64,000 nucleotides of DNA from Candidatus Marinacidobacterium sp. (GCA_965220965.1 OZ244852.1:1728001-1792000); one strand, 5' to 3'. Positions 38,414-49,103 are shown, numbered from the stretch's first letter. Program-made: numbers and translations. The notes: generated by a model from the letters alone, not told the origin.

Positions 38414-39454
38414 TCACTCCGCTTCGTCTTCCTCATCCGCGCCGGAAATGCCGAGCGCCTTCCGCACCCGGGCCTCGATCCCGGCGGCGAGCGGCTCGTC
38501 CGCGAGCAGGGTCTGGCGGGTCTTCTCGCGGCCCTGGCCGATCTGCTCGCCGTCGCAGGAGTACCACGCGCCGCTCTTCTCGATGATCCGGTGCTTCACC
38601 GCCAGATCGATCAGATCGCCCATCCGGGAGATCCCCTCGCCGTAGCGGACATCGAACTCCGACTGGCGGAACGGGGGCGCCACCTTGTTCTTCACGATCT
38701 TGACCCGGGTCCGGTTGCCCACCACCGCGTCACCTTCCTTCAGCGCGCCGATCCGCCGGATGTCCACACGCACCGAGGAGTAGAACTTGAGCGCCCGGCC
38801 TCCGGTGGTGGTCTCGGGGTTGCCGAACATGACGCCGATCTTCTCGCGCAACTGGTTGATGAAGACGAGGCAGGTCTCCGACTTGGAGACGATGCCGGTG
38901 AGTTTCCGGAGCGCCTTCGACATGAGCCGCGCCTGAAGCCCGACCTGGGCGTCGCCCATCTCGCCGTCGAGCTCGGCCCGCGGGACGAGGGCGGCGACCG
39001 AGTCCACGACCACGATGTCCACCGAGCCGCTCCGGACGAGGGTCTCGGTGATCTCGAGCGCCTGCTCGCCGTCGTCGGGCTGCGAGACGAGAAGCTCCTC
39101 GGTGTCCACGCCGAGCGCCCGCGAGTACTCCGGGTCGAGGGCGTGTTCGGCGTCCACGAAGGCGGCGACCCCGCCTCCGGCCTGCGCCTGGGCCACCACG
39201 TGGAGCGCGAGCGTCGTCTTCCCGGAGGACTCCGGACCGAAGACCTCGACGACGCGGCCGCGGGGGAAGCCGCCGACTCCGAGGGCGGCGTCCACCGAGA
39301 GCACCCCGGTGGGGATCGCCGACACGTTCAGCGCCGACGAGCCGAGTTTCATGATCGCGCCCCGGCCATGGTTCTTCTCGATCTGGCCGAGGGCGATCTC
39401 GAGGGCGCGGGCGCGGTGGTCCGGGCTGCGGTCGGTGCGGGGCTTTACGGGCAT
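38414..39454 (-). CDS. recA: Recombinase RecA
   Basis: [78 protein letters not shown] at 39454. Confidence 0.98.
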   Translation of the reverse strand: MPVKPRTDRSPDHRARALEIALGQIEKNHGRGAIMKLGSSALNVSAIPTGVLSVDAALGVGGFPRGRVVEVFGPESSGKTTLALHVVAQAQAGGGVAAFVDAEHALDPEYSRALGVDTEELLVSQPDDGEQALEITETLVRSGSVDIVVVDSVAALVPRAELDGEMGDAQVGLQARLMSKALRKLTGIVSKSETCLVFINQLREKIGVMFGNPETTTGGRALKFYSSVRVDIRRIGALKEGDAVVGNRTRVKIVKNKVAPPFRQSEFDVRYGEGISRMGDLIDLAVKHRIIEKSGAWYSCDGEQIGQGREKTRQTLLADEPLAAGIEARVRKALGISGADEEDEAE

Positions 39455-39602
39455 GGCGGGGAACTCCTGGGAGAAGGGGCCGCGAGGGATTCGGGCGCTT
39501 TCTCCCGGTAAGGACGGATTTCCGGAGGAAACGAACCACCGGACCTCTCCGCGCAGCGCACTTTGCGGAAAACTCCGGTTTCGGACGGGTGGAAGGAGAC
39601 GG

Positions 39603-40469
39603 TCAGGAGGCGGAGTAGTCGAAGAAGCCGCGGCCGGTCTTGCGGCCGAGCCGGCCGGCGTCCACCAGCCGGACGAGGAGCGGGCACGGACGGTAGCGAG
39701 GATCGCCGTAGCCCTCCTGGAGCACGCGCAGGATGTCCACCACGACATCGAGGCCGATCAGGTCGGCGAGCGCCAGCGGGCCCATGGGATGGCGCATCCC
39801 GAGCTGCATGATCCGGTCGATGTCCTCCGCGGTCCCGACGCCCTCCATGAGCGCGCCGGCGGCCTCGTTGATCATCGGGATCAGCACCCGGTTCGCCACG
39901 AAGCCGGGCGCGTCGTTCACCGCGCAGGGCGTCTTCCCGAGGCGCCGGGCGAGGTCCATCGTGGCCTCGAAGGTTTCATCCGAGGTGTCGAGGCCCCGGA
40001 TCACCTCGACCAGCTTCATGACCGGGACCGGGTTCATGAAGTGCATCCCGATGAAGCGGTCGGACCGGCCGGAGGCCGCCCCGAGGCGGGTGATCGATAT
40101 CGAGGAGGTGTTCGAGGCGAGGATCGCCGCCTCCGGCAGGCGGGGGGAAAGGTCGGCGTAGAGGGCGCGCTTGGCCGCCTCGTCCTCGACGATCGCCTCG
40201 ACGGCGAAGCCGGCGTCGGCGGCGGGCGCGAGGTCGGTCCCCGGCTGGATCCGGGCGAGCGCGGCCCCGGCGGCCGCTTCGTCGAGAACGCCCTTCTTCA
40301 CCTGGCGCCGGAGGTTCGTCCCGATGACCTTCATCCCTCGGGCGAGAAAGTCCTCGGAGAGGTCCACCAGCCGCACGTCGAAGCCGGAGGCGGCGAAGGC
40401 GTGGGCGATCCCGTTGCCCATCGTCCCGGCGCCGACGACGAGAACCGGCGGCCGGTCGGTGTCGCTCAT
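39603..40469 (-). CDS. hbd: 3-hydroxybutyryl-CoA dehydrogenase
   Basis: [61 protein letters not shown]. Confidence 0.92.
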   Translation of the reverse strand: MSDTDRPPVLVVGAGTMGNGIAHAFAASGFDVRLVDLSEDFLARGMKVIGTNLRRQVKKGVLDEAAAGAALARIQPGTDLAPAADAGFAVEAIVEDEAAKRALYADLSPRLPEAAILASNTSSISITRLGAASGRSDRFIGMHFMNPVPVMKLVEVIRGLDTSDETFEATMDLARRLGKTPCAVNDAPGFVANRVLIPMINEAAGALMEGVGTAEDIDRIMQLGMRHPMGPLALADLIGLDVVVDILRVLQEGYGDPRYRPCPLLVRLVDAGRLGRKTGRGFFDYSAS

Positions 40470-41662
40470 GGTCCGGGGGATTCTCCCGCTTCCAGCGCGA
40501 GCGCGACGCCGTTTCCGCCGCCGAGGCAGAGGCTCGCGACGCCCCGGGCGATTCCCTCCCGGCGCATCGTGTGGACGAGGGTGACGAGCACCCGCGCCCC
40601 GCTCGCCCCGATCGGGTGGCCGAGAGCGACGGCGCCCCCGTTCGGGTTCACCCGGCCGGCGTCGAGGCCGAGCTCGCGGCGGACGGCGACCGCCTGCCCG
40701 GCGAAGGCCTCGTTCAACTCGAAACACCCCACCGAGGCGGCGCTCCATTCCAGCCGGTCGAGCAGCGCCCCGACCGCAGGGACCGGCGTCATCATGACCC
40801 ACTCGGGCTCGAGGCCGGAGACCGCCTGGCCCACCACCCGGGCGAGGCGGGGAAGGCGGTGGCGCCGCGCCGCCGCGTCGGACGCCACGACGAGCGCGGC
40901 GGCGCCGTCGCTGATCGAGGAGGCGTTTCCCGCCGTCACCCGGCCGTCCCGGCGAAACGCCGGGCGAAGTCCGGCGAGCGAGGTCTCCGAGGCGTCCGGA
41001 CGGATCGACTCGTCGCGCGCGACCGTTTCCGTCCCCCGGCGGGAGGCGACCTCCACCGGGAAGAGCTCGGCGTCGAAGCGCCCTTCGGCGGCGGCCGCGG
41101 CGGCGCGGCGATGGCTCTCGGCGGCGGCGGCGTCCATCTCCTCCCGGCTGACGGAGTACCGGTCGGCGACCCGCTCGGCGGTCTCGCCCATGTGGATGTC
41201 GTGGTAGGCGTCGGTGAGCCCGTCGCGGAGCATGGAATCGATCAGCGGAGCGTCGCCCATCCGCCTTCCGGTCCGAAGGCCCGGGACCAGGTGGACGGCG
41301 TTCGACATGGACTCCATGCCCCCGGCGACGACCACCTCGGCGTCGCCCGCGAGGATCGCCTGACGGGCGAGCATGACCGCCTTGAGGCCGGAGCCGCAGA
41401 CCTTGTTCACGGTGAAGGCGCCGACCCCGGACGGCAGCCCGGCGCCGAGCGCCGCCTGACGGGCGGGGTTCTGCCCCAGGCCGGCGCTCAGCACGTTCCC
41501 TAGGATGACCTCGTCCACCGCGCCCGGGTCGATTCCGGCGCGGGCCACCGCCTCCCGGACCGCGAGCGCGCCCAGCCGGGGCGCGGAGAGCGAAGACAGG
41601 CCCCCGAGATACCTGCCGATGGGCGTCCGGGCGGCGGCGGCGATCCAGACGGGAGGCGTCAT
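40466..41662 (-). CDS. Acetyl-CoA C-acyltransferase (thiolase)
   Basis: [65 protein letters not shown]. Confidence 0.95.
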   Translation of the reverse strand: MTPPVWIAAAARTPIGRYLGGLSSLSAPRLGALAVREAVARAGIDPGAVDEVILGNVLSAGLGQNPARQAALGAGLPSGVGAFTVNKVCGSGLKAVMLARQAILAGDAEVVVAGGMESMSNAVHLVPGLRTGRRMGDAPLIDSMLRDGLTDAYHDIHMGETAERVADRYSVSREEMDAAAAESHRRAAAAAAEGRFDAELFPVEVASRRGTETVARDESIRPDASETSLAGLRPAFRRDGRVTAGNASSISDGAAALVVASDAAARRHRLPRLARVVGQAVSGLEPEWVMMTPVPAVGALLDRLEWSAASVGCFELNEAFAGQAVAVRRELGLDAGRVNPNGGAVALGHPIGASGARVLVTLVHTMRREGIARGVASLCLGGGNGVALALEAGESPGP

Positions 41663-41985
41663 GCGGGGGGCTTCGCTTCGCGCAGCCCGAAGACCACCGG
41701 GTTCACGACCGGGCGGATCCTGAGGACGGCCCGGGGGAGGCGGGCGGCGTTCAGCAGCTCGGTCCGGATTGTTGCGCGGCGCCGCCAGACGAGGCTCGCG
41801 GCCTCGTCGTCGCGGACGAGGATCGTCAGCGTCTCGCCGTCGAGCGAGCCCGGGCAGGCCACGCCCCGAACATCCTCGGGAACGACGGCCCACGCGTCCA
41901 GAAGCGTCGGCAGATCGAGCAGACGCCGCTGGAGGGCCCGAGGCAGGATGTCGTTGAGAGCATCGGCGATGCGGGTCGGAGGCAC
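41659..41985 (-). CDS. DUF721/DciA-like protein
   Basis: About 108 aa, W..V...V...A.P..L.G.TL.I.V......L...R..I...L pattern typical of DciA KH-like domain. Stop overlaps thiolase start. GTG start inferred. Confidence 0.55.
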   Translation of the reverse strand: MPPTRIADALNDILPRALQRRLLDLPTLLDAWAVVPEDVRGVACPGSLDGETLTILVRDDEAASLVWRRRATIRTELLNAARLPRAVLRIRPVVNPVVFGLREAKPPA

Positions 41986-42069
41986 GGCGGACTCCCGGGA
42001 CGGTACGCCAGCGCAAACGGGAGCTCGGCGCGACCCGGCGGCGGACCCCGCGCGCGGCGCCCCGGCTGG

Positions 42070-42107
42070 TATAGTCGCCAGCGTTCCACCAAACTGCTCC
42101 GGAGGGA
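42070..42107 (+). promoter_or_regulatory. Candidate -10 box (TATAGT) and RBS (GGAGGG) for molybdoenzyme operon
   Basis: TATAGT at 42070-42075 and GGAGGG at 42101-42106 ahead of ATG 42113. Confidence 0.4.
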
Positions 42108-42112
42108 CGCCC

Positions 42113-42787
42113 ATGGCGAACACGAGGAATGCGAAAACGCCGCCCCCCGAGGAGGCGGCGGCCCTGAAGAAGGGTCCGGACCCGGAGAACGGCAGCGGTT
42201 TTTCGCGCCGCCAGTTCCTGCAGGGGAGCGCGGCGGCGGGAGCGGCCTCGGCCGGCCTGCTTCCCGGCTTCCTCGGGGAAGCCGAGGCGCAGGGCGAGCC
42301 CGGAGTCGCCGGGCCGGGCCCGGTCGATATGGCGTTTTCCGTCAACGGGAAGGCGTATGTCGCGACGCTCGAGCCCCGGGTGACGCTGCTCGACGCGCTC
42401 CGGAACCACCTGGACCTGACCGGCGCCAAGAAGGTTTGCGACCGCGGCACGTGCGGGGCCTGCACCGTGCTCCTCGATGGAGAGGCGGCCTACGCGTGCT
42501 CCGTGCTCGCGATCGAGGCCCAGGGCCAGGAAATCACGACCGTTGAGGGTCTGGGCTCGCCCGACAGCATGCATCCGCTGCAGCAGGCGTTCGTGGACCA
42601 CGACGCACAGCAGTGCGGCTTCTGCACCCCGGGATTCGTGGTGGCGAGCGCGGCGCTCCTCGCGCGCCATCCGAACCCCGACCAGGACACCGTCCACAAG
42701 GAGCTCGGCGGCAACCTGTGCCGCTGCGGCACCTACGCCGGCGTCCGGGCGGCGGTGGCGCAGGCCGGAGGAGGCAACCATGCCTGA
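42113..42787 (+). CDS. Xanthine dehydrogenase family 2x[2Fe-2S] subunit with Tat signal (PaoA/YagT-like)
   Basis: SRRQFLQG twin-arginine motif, [11 protein letters not shown]...[17 protein letters not shown]. Confidence 0.93.
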   Translation: MANTRNAKTPPPEEAAALKKGPDPENGSGFSRRQFLQGSAAAGAASAGLLPGFLGEAEAQGEPGVAGPGPVDMAFSVNGKAYVATLEPRVTLLDALRNHLDLTGAKKVCDRGTCGACTVLLDGEAAYACSVLAIEAQGQEITTVEGLGSPDSMHPLQQAFVDHDAQQCGFCTPGFVVASAALLARHPNPDQDTVHKELGGNLCRCGTYAGVRAAVAQAGGGNHA

Positions 42788-44906
42788 GTACAACTGGCCA
42801 GCGGCTGCGGATCGCCGCCTCATCGGCTCCCGTCTGAGCCGGCTCGATGGCCCGGTCAAGGCGACCGGCCAGGCGAAGTACGCCTATGACAAGAACCGGC
42901 TGGGCATGCTGTGGGCCATCATGGTCCAGAGCCCGCACGCCCACGCCCGGATCACCGGGATCGACGTCTCGGCCGCCGAAGCGGTCCCGGGCGTCGTGAA
43001 GGTCCACATCATCCAGGACGTGGGAACCGAGATCCAGTGGGCGCACGACGAGATCGTGGCGGTCGCGGCGACCTCGGAAGAGGCGGCCCGCGACGGCGCC
43101 GCCGCGGTGAGAGTCGACTACGAGGTGCTGCCGCACTTCGTGAACGAACGCATGGTGGATGAGGCTCCGGACGCGCAGGAAGCGCAGGCGGAGACCACCG
43201 GCGATCCGGACGTGGCGCTCGCCTCGTCCGCCCACCAGTCGAACGACTCGTATCACGCCGCCCAGATCGCGCACTGCTCGCTGGAGTCCCACGGGCAGGT
43301 CGCCGAGTGGGAGGACGCCGAGAACGTGACCGTCTGGGCCTCGACCCAGGCGATCTCGGGCGTGGCCTCGCAGCTCGGGGAAGCCATTGGCATCCCGGCC
43401 TCGAACGTCCACGTCGAGACCCAGTACATGGGCGGCGGCTTCGGCAGCAAGTTCAGCGCGGACCGCTGGGGAGTCGTCGGCGTCGAGCTGTCGCGGATGA
43501 CCGGCCGGCCGGTCAAGCTGATGCTGGACCGCGACCAGGAGGTCAGCGTGGCGGGGGCCCGACCCTCGACCCACGCCGAGGTCACCGCCGGCGCCGACGC
43601 CGACGGCAATGTGGTCGCGTGGAAGTCGCGGAGCTGGGGTTCCGGCGGTCCGGCCGGCGCCGGCTCGCCTCCGATCCCCTACGTCTTCGAGTTCGCGAAC
43701 CAGACGCACGCCCACACCTCGGTGCCCACGAACACCGGGCCGGCGCGCGCCTGGCGGGCGCCGAACCACCCGCAGGCGTGCTTCGTGACGATGCGCGCGA
43801 TGGAGGATCTGGCGCACGCCGCCGGCATGGACCCGCTCGACTTCTTCCTGAAGAACATCGGGATGACGGGCGACCGGGCCGGCACCTACACCGAGGAGCT
43901 CGAGAAGGGCGCCGAGCTCATGGGCTGGCGCGACCGCTGGCGTCCCCGGGGCTCCGCGACCGGCACGGTGCGGAACGGCCTCGGCCTCGCGATCCACACC
44001 TGGGGCGGACGCGGACACCGGAGCAACTGCGAGGTCATCGCCTACCGCGACGGCCTGGTGGAGGCCCGGATCGGGAGCCAGGACCTCGGCACCGGGACCC
44101 GCACGGTCATCGGGATGGTGCTCGCCGAGACCTTCGGCCTCGGCATCGACGACGTGAAGGTCACGATGGGGCGCAGCGTCCTGCCGACCTCGGGCGCGTC
44201 GGGGGGCAGCACGACCGTGGGAGGCGTCAGCGGAGCGACAAGGCGGGCGGCGCTGAACGCAGCCGAGGCGGTGTTCGAGCGGATCGGCCCCCGACTGGGG
44301 ACCGACCCGATGAACCTGCGTCTCCGGGACGGGATGCTCCACTTCCAGGACGGATCGCAGTCCGCGATCCCGTGGAAGCAGGCGGCCGCGCTCATCGGAG
44401 TGAATCCGGTGACCGCCGCCGGAGCGAACCCCGGGCCGGGACAGCTCACCGACAGCGGCGTCGGCGGGATCCAGATGGCCGATGTCAGCGTCGACATGGA
44501 GACCGGCGTCGTCGGGATCAACCGGCTGGTCGCGGTCCAGGACTGCGGCCTGATCATCGACATGAAGACCGCCGAGAGCCAGGTCTACGGCGCGCTCATC
44601 ATGGGCGTGACCTACGCGCTGACCGAGGAGCGGGTCTTCGACCCGGTCACCGGCCGGATGCTGAACGCCGAGATGGAGTTCTACAAGCTGGCCGGGATCG
44701 CGGATGTGGGCGAGATGATCGTCCACATGATGACCGGCCCCGGATATGACGAACGCGGCGTGATCGGCCTGGGCGAACCGCCGGTCATCGCGCCGGGCGC
44801 GGCGATCGCGAACGCCGCCACGAACGCCGCCGGCGTCCCGATCAACGAGATGCCGATGACCCCCGAGCGGGTGCTCGCCGCGATCGGAGCGGGAGGGATG
44901 GCCTGA
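42780..44906 (+). CDS. Xanthine dehydrogenase family molybdopterin-binding (large) subunit
   Basis: [52 protein letters not shown] catalytic Glu, PMTPERV. Confidence 0.95.
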   Translation: MPEYNWPAAADRRLIGSRLSRLDGPVKATGQAKYAYDKNRLGMLWAIMVQSPHAHARITGIDVSAAEAVPGVVKVHIIQDVGTEIQWAHDEIVAVAATSEEAARDGAAAVRVDYEVLPHFVNERMVDEAPDAQEAQAETTGDPDVALASSAHQSNDSYHAAQIAHCSLESHGQVAEWEDAENVTVWASTQAISGVASQLGEAIGIPASNVHVETQYMGGGFGSKFSADRWGVVGVELSRMTGRPVKLMLDRDQEVSVAGARPSTHAEVTAGADADGNVVAWKSRSWGSGGPAGAGSPPIPYVFEFANQTHAHTSVPTNTGPARAWRAPNHPQACFVTMRAMEDLAHAAGMDPLDFFLKNIGMTGDRAGTYTEELEKGAELMGWRDRWRPRGSATGTVRNGLGLAIHTWGGRGHRSNCEVIAYRDGLVEARIGSQDLGTGTRTVIGMVLAETFGLGIDDVKVTMGRSVLPTSGASGGSTTVGGVSGATRRAALNAAEAVFERIGPRLGTDPMNLRLRDGMLHFQDGSQSAIPWKQAAALIGVNPVTAAGANPGPGQLTDSGVGGIQMADVSVDMETGVVGINRLVAVQDCGLIIDMKTAESQVYGALIMGVTYALTEERVFDPVTGRMLNAEMEFYKLAGIADVGEMIVHMMTGPGYDERGVIGLGEPPVIAPGAAIANAATNAAGVPINEMPMTPERVLAAIGAGGMA

Positions 44907-45862
44907 TGCGCGCCTTCGAGTACACGAGTCCGAAGACCGTCGCCGACGCGGTGGCGATGCTCGCCTCGGAGGGCGCGGTCGCGCTCGCCGGCGGGACGGA
45001 CCTCCTGAGCCTCATGAAAGACGGCGCCGCGGCGCCCTCGCGGCTGGTGAACCTGAAAGGGATCGGAGACCTCGAGGGGGCGCACCAGACCTCGGACGGG
45101 TTCCGGATCGGGGCCACCACCCGGCTGGCATCGCTCGAACAGAACCCGACGATCCGCGATTCGTTCCCGGCGGTCGCCCAGGCGATCGGAGGCGTCGGCA
45201 GCCGCCAGGTGGTCAACCTGCGCACGGTGGGCGGCGACCTCTGCCAGCGGCCCCGCTGCTGGTACTTCCGGGCCGGGTTCGGTTTGGTCCCGATGCACGA
45301 GGGCCAGTCCATGCCGAAGATCGGGGACAACCGGTACCACGCGATCTTCGGGAACTCGGGGAACGCCGCGTTCGTGAACACCTCGAGCCTCGCTCCGGCG
45401 CTCATCGCGCTTGGCGCGACGGTCACCGTCGCCGGACCAGGCGGCGAGCGCTCCATGGCGCTCTCCGAGCTCTACCGGACGCCGATGTCGTCGGACGAGA
45501 GCGAGTTCACGCTGGGGCCCGGCGAGATCGTCACCGCGGTGACGCTTCCCGATGACGGGATGGCGAGCGCCACCTACGGCGTCAAGAACCGCAAGGGGTT
45601 CGACTGGCCGCTGGTGAGCGCCTCGGTGGCGGTCGGGGGCGGATCGGCCCGCGTCGTCGTCGGGCATGTGGCGCCGACGCCGTGGACGAGTTCCGCGGCG
45701 GGGGCGGCCCTCGCCGGCGGGATTTCGGAGGCGAGCGCCGAGGCCGCGGGGAACGCGGCGGCGGAAGGGGCCACGCCCCTTTCCGGGAACGCCTACAAGG
45801 TGCAACTGACGCGGGTCGCGGTGAAGCGGGCCGCCATGGCCGCGATGGAGGGCCAGGGATGA
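44906..45862 (+). CDS. Xanthine dehydrogenase family FAD-binding (medium) subunit, PaoB/HcrB-type insert
   Basis: AGGTDL, TVGGDLCQRPRCWYFR, NRYHAI.G, LAPALIALGA, FDWPL, VAPTPW, PLSGNAYKV. Confidence 0.92.
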   Translation: MRAFEYTSPKTVADAVAMLASEGAVALAGGTDLLSLMKDGAAAPSRLVNLKGIGDLEGAHQTSDGFRIGATTRLASLEQNPTIRDSFPAVAQAIGGVGSRQVVNLRTVGGDLCQRPRCWYFRAGFGLVPMHEGQSMPKIGDNRYHAIFGNSGNAAFVNTSSLAPALIALGATVTVAGPGGERSMALSELYRTPMSSDESEFTLGPGEIVTAVTLPDDGMASATYGVKNRKGFDWPLVSASVAVGGGSARVVVGHVAPTPWTSSAAGAALAGGISEASAEAAGNAAAEGATPLSGNAYKVQLTRVAVKRAAMAAMEGQG

Positions 45863-46137
45863 TGGCCACGAAACCAGCCACAACCACGACCGCCGCGCCG
45901 GGCAGCGGAATGCCCGGGGCCGCCGGCCGCGCCGCGCTGTCGCTCTGCCACCGGCTCCGCTCCAAGGCCATGTACATGGACGTGGAGTACGACCCGACCA
46001 TCCCGGGCGGGGTTCCGGGAGACGGCTACTTCTGGTGCACGCACACGCAGAACTGCCTGGGTCCGGACGGCCGGGTGGCGACGAAGGACACCTGCAGCGA
46101 GGGCGCCGGGCGGTCCTGCTTCGAGCGGGCCTGGTAG
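45859..46137 (+). CDS. Small Cys-rich hypothetical protein (92 aa)
   Basis: ATGA overlap with FAD-subunit stop, GGAGGG RBS, GC3-biased codons, C..LRSK.MY / FWC..TQ.C.GPDG / C...R.CF (5 Cys). Confidence 0.75.
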   Translation: MMATKPATTTTAAPGSGMPGAAGRAALSLCHRLRSKAMYMDVEYDPTIPGGVPGDGYFWCTHTQNCLGPDGRVATKDTCSEGAGRSCFERAW

Positions 46138-46251
46138 ACCCGCCGGCGCATCGCCGCCCCGGCGTCAGCGGGGCGGCTTCCTGTTAGACTGCGCTTTCTG
46201 GACGGCCCCGTTCGGTGGGCGAACGGATGGCCGCGCCGGTGGAGGTTCGCC

Positions 46252-46926
46252 ATGAAGTTCTCGCGCATCCTGACCGTCGCCCTGTTGGCGCTGCTCGTTT
46301 CGGCTGGCGGATTCGCCAGCGAGGCCGACACCTCGCTGTCGGGCCTGTATCTGGAGGCGAGGACCGCCGACGTGTACGCGGGGCACTGCTTCGCGAACAG
46401 CGAGGTGGGCCTGACCGGAAGCGAGGCCGTCCTCGCCTGGAACGTCTCCGAGGGGACCTACGAGGGCGTGGAGCTCGACGGCCTGTCGGTGGTGGCGGTC
46501 GTGAAGGCGCAGGCGACGCTGGGCGACCCCCATGCGGACCCCTATCCCGCCGACTCGGTCCTCATCGTTGACGACGCCGCGAACGCCGACCAGCGCGCCG
46601 CGCTCGTTTCGCTCGCCCGGGACATGGGCGGCGACCTGCTCGCGAACGTCCTCAATATCCAGGACGCGCCGGTGGCGGCGGACTTCGAGGGGCAGCCCGG
46701 CTTCGCGTCGCTGACCGCGGGTGAACTGGTCGAGGTGAAGACCCGCGCGATCACCCACAAGGACCACCTCTGCGGCAGCGAGTTCGTCTACTACCCGCCG
46801 CTGACGGAGGTCGCCGAGGCGATGCCCGCCTACACCGAAGCGCACGCGTTCCGGGGCGACGACTTCAACACGACGTGGAGCTGCCCGCTGAAGCGGAGCG
46901 CGTTCGTCGGCAGCTTCGTCCGCTGA
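46252..46926 (+). CDS. Exported DUF1326-like protein
   Basis: GGAGG RBS, signal peptide, G.YLEARTADVYAGHCFANSE, LAW....G...GV.LDGL.V, LIVD..A...QR.AL, HLCG.E.VYYPPL. Confidence 0.7.
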   Translation: MKFSRILTVALLALLVSAGGFASEADTSLSGLYLEARTADVYAGHCFANSEVGLTGSEAVLAWNVSEGTYEGVELDGLSVVAVVKAQATLGDPHADPYPADSVLIVDDAANADQRAALVSLARDMGGDLLANVLNIQDAPVAADFEGQPGFASLTAGELVEVKTRAITHKDHLCGSEFVYYPPLTEVAEAMPAYTEAHAFRGDDFNTTWSCPLKRSAFVGSFVR

Positions 46927-46960
46927 GCGGTCGGAGCCCGGCCCGAAGGAGAGCCTGTCC

Positions 46961-47623
46961 GTGCGGATGACGTGCGTACGCGCGGCCGGCCTTTCGGCCA
47001 CGCTTTCGGTTGGCCTTTCGGTCGCGAGCCTCGCCCTCGCCGCCGACCAGCCCACCTTCGGTCCCGGGACATCGCCCCCGCCTGACGACCTGTCGGAGGA
47101 GATCCGCAGCGTCCTGAACCCCGAGGGTCTCGTCGTCACGCTGGCGTCGGGAACCACGATGGAGTTCTGGTTCCTCGCGGAGACGCCCGCGGGCGACTCC
47201 ACCCGACCCGGGGGCACGTTCCCGGAGCTCGGCGTCGGGACGCTCGTGGGGGCGGTCCGGACCGGCGGCTCCTGGACCGACTACAAGGGCAACCCCATCG
47301 AGCCCGGCGTCTTCACGCTCCGCTACGGCATGCGCCCGGAGGACGGGAACCACATGGGGGTCTCGATCCACCTCGACTTCGTGCTGCTCGTCCCGGCGGT
47401 CGAGGACCCGGCGGTCGAGGTCGGATGGGGCCAGGATGACCTGAACATCATGAGCTTCGCCGCCACCGGCATCGGCCACCCCGGCGTCATGAGCCTCGCG
47501 CCGAACTGGGAAGGGGTCAGCGAACCGACCATCTTCCAGGACGACGCCGAAGGCTGGGCGATCGCCTACGTCTGGGACGGGCTGACCCTCGGCTTCGTCG
47601 TGGAGGGCGAGGGCGAGCACTGA
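46961..47623 (+). CDS. Exported acidic hypothetical protein
   Basis: Signal peptide, GTLVG, W.DYKG..I.PGVFTLRY...P.DGNHMG.S..DF.LL.P, S....G..HPGV. Strong coding bias. Confidence 0.75.
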   Translation: MRMTCVRAAGLSATLSVGLSVASLALAADQPTFGPGTSPPPDDLSEEIRSVLNPEGLVVTLASGTTMEFWFLAETPAGDSTRPGGTFPELGVGTLVGAVRTGGSWTDYKGNPIEPGVFTLRYGMRPEDGNHMGVSIHLDFVLLVPAVEDPAVEVGWGQDDLNIMSFAATGIGHPGVMSLAPNWEGVSEPTIFQDDAEGWAIAYVWDGLTLGFVVEGEGEH

Positions 47624-48324
47624 TCCCCGCCCCGGCTGGCGCGGCGGAACGGGAGACCTCGCCGGAGACCGACCGGGTCAAGGCTGCCGGTGTTCTGCTG
47701 AGCGCCGGCGCCTCCCGGCGGATGGGCCGGGTCAAGGCGCTCCTCCCGCACCCTGACGGATCGGGGCGCACGCTGATCCGCGCCGCCGCCGGGACGCTCC
47801 TCACGGCGGGTCTTCGGCCGCTCTTCGTCGTGCTCGGACACGCCCGCCGCGAGATCGCCCCGGAACTGCGCGGCCTGTCCGGGGTCGAGGTCGTCTCCAA
47901 CCCGGCGTGGGCCAGCGGCATGCTCTCGTCGGTCCGGGCCGGCGTGCGCGCGGCGAGCCGGGAGCGGGCCGGGTGGGCGCTCGTCGCGCCGGTGGACCAG
48001 CCCTTCGTTTCCGTCGGGCTGATCCACCGCCTGCTGGCGCGGGCCGCCGGAGAACCGACTCCGGTCGCGGTGGTCCCGGCGACCGAACGGCTCGAGCGCG
48101 CCGGGCGGTGGGGTCTCCCGGCGCTGCTCGGGGAGAGGCTCTTCCCTGAAGTGCTCGAAGCCCGAGGCGCCCCTCCCGACCCGGAGACCGGCCCCGACCC
48201 GGGGGCGCGCCGCCTCCTCGCGCGCCACCGGCGCGAGCTCGCGGTGATCCGGGCGGAGGCTTCCGAGCTGCTCGACCTGGACACGCCCCGGGACGCCGCG
48301 GCGGCCGCGGCGGCGGCCTCATGA
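47620..48324 (+). CDS. Molybdenum cofactor cytidylyltransferase MocA-like nucleotidyltransferase
   Basis: GVLLSAGASRRMG..KALL, NP.W.SGMLSS, VDQP, G.P, GAR, DLDTP.D. The conserved N-terminal motif lies upstream of the first ATG (47722), so a CTG start at 47620 is inferred. Confidence 0.8.
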   Translation: MIPAPAGAAERETSPETDRVKAAGVLLSAGASRRMGRVKALLPHPDGSGRTLIRAAAGTLLTAGLRPLFVVLGHARREIAPELRGLSGVEVVSNPAWASGMLSSVRAGVRAASRERAGWALVAPVDQPFVSVGLIHRLLARAAGEPTPVAVVPATERLERAGRWGLPALLGERLFPEVLEARGAPPDPETGPDPGARRLLARHRRELAVIRAEASELLDLDTPRDAAAAAAAAS

Positions 48325-49031
48325 CGCTACCCCTCGAGCCCTGGGTGGCGCTCGGGGCGAGCTACGCCTGGGTGACTCTGGTGGCGGTTCTGGCGGAGGC
48401 GCTCGGCCGCGCGGGCGCCCTCTCCCGGGAGGCCGCCCGCAAGGCGATCCACGTGGCGGTCGGGCTCTGGATCCTTCCGACGGTGTTCGTGTTCGCGGAC
48501 TGGCGGATCGCGATCCTGCCCCCGCTGACGTTCGTCGTCGTGAACTACCTGATCCACCGGTTCCGGCTCCTGCCGGCGATGGGGGACGACCCGGCGAACC
48601 TGGGAACGGTGTTCTTCCCGATGTCCTTCGCGGCGCTGCTGGCGCTGTTCTTCCGGCCGGGGACGCCGGGCGACCTGGCCTTCGTCGCGGTCGCCGGGGT
48701 CCTCGCGATGGCGCTCGGCGACGCCGCGGCGGCGGAGTTCGGCAAGCGCTACGGGACCCGCCGCTACACGATCCTCGGGCACTCCCGGACGATGGAAGGG
48801 AGCCTCGCGATGTGCCTGGTCACGGCCGCATCCGTCGCCCTCGTCCTGAACGCGATGGCGGGATTCGGCTGGCACCCGGCGGTGGCGTTCGGCCTCGTCA
48901 CCGGAACCGCCGCCGCCGGGATCGAGGCGGTCTGCCCGTTCGGCAGCGACAACCTCTTCGTCCCGCTCGGAACCGCCGGGCTGCTGTGGGCGCTGGTCGA
49001 GCTCAGCGGCGCGGCGCTCGGGGTGCGCTGA
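48321..49031 (+). CDS. Phytol/dolichol kinase-like (CTP-dependent polyprenol/DAG kinase family) membrane protein
   Basis: RKAIH, GTVFFP, GDAAAA.FGKRYG, RTMEGS, E.....G.DNL.VP. Confidence 0.8.
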   Translation: MTLPLEPWVALGASYAWVTLVAVLAEALGRAGALSREAARKAIHVAVGLWILPTVFVFADWRIAILPPLTFVVVNYLIHRFRLLPAMGDDPANLGTVFFPMSFAALLALFFRPGTPGDLAFVAVAGVLAMALGDAAAAEFGKRYGTRRYTILGHSRTMEGSLAMCLVTAASVALVLNAMAGFGWHPAVAFGLVTGTAAAGIEAVCPFGSDNLFVPLGTAGLLWALVELSGAALGVR

Positions 49032-49103
49032 GCGTCCCGGATGCCGCTTCTGACACCATAGCCGCCCGTTTCCCGCAGCGGGATCCGGAAGCAGGAGGCC
49101 CCC

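Noticed and set aside
39455-39602. LexA/SOS box upstream of recA
   Set aside because: No convincing CTGT-N8-ACAG, GAAC-N4-GTTC or GTTC-N7-GTTC match; only a half-site (GAAC near 39533).
38414-42859. Apparent N-terminal extensions or fusions of recA, hbd and thiolase in the ORF track (same for purA, rsmA, patB, PQQ and CRTAC1)
   Set aside because: The extensions overlap neighbouring genes in other frames. Internal starts with stop/start coupling fit family lengths.
42780-44906. Calling the molybdoenzyme an aerobic CO dehydrogenase (CoxL)
   Set aside because: The active-site loop is AWRAPN, not AYxCSFR or AYxGAGR, so the substrate cannot be assigned.
46986-47020. Three CTTTCGG repeats near the start of the exported acidic protein
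   Set aside because: They encode an L-S-x-x repeat in the signal peptide, probably local slippage with no separate function evident.
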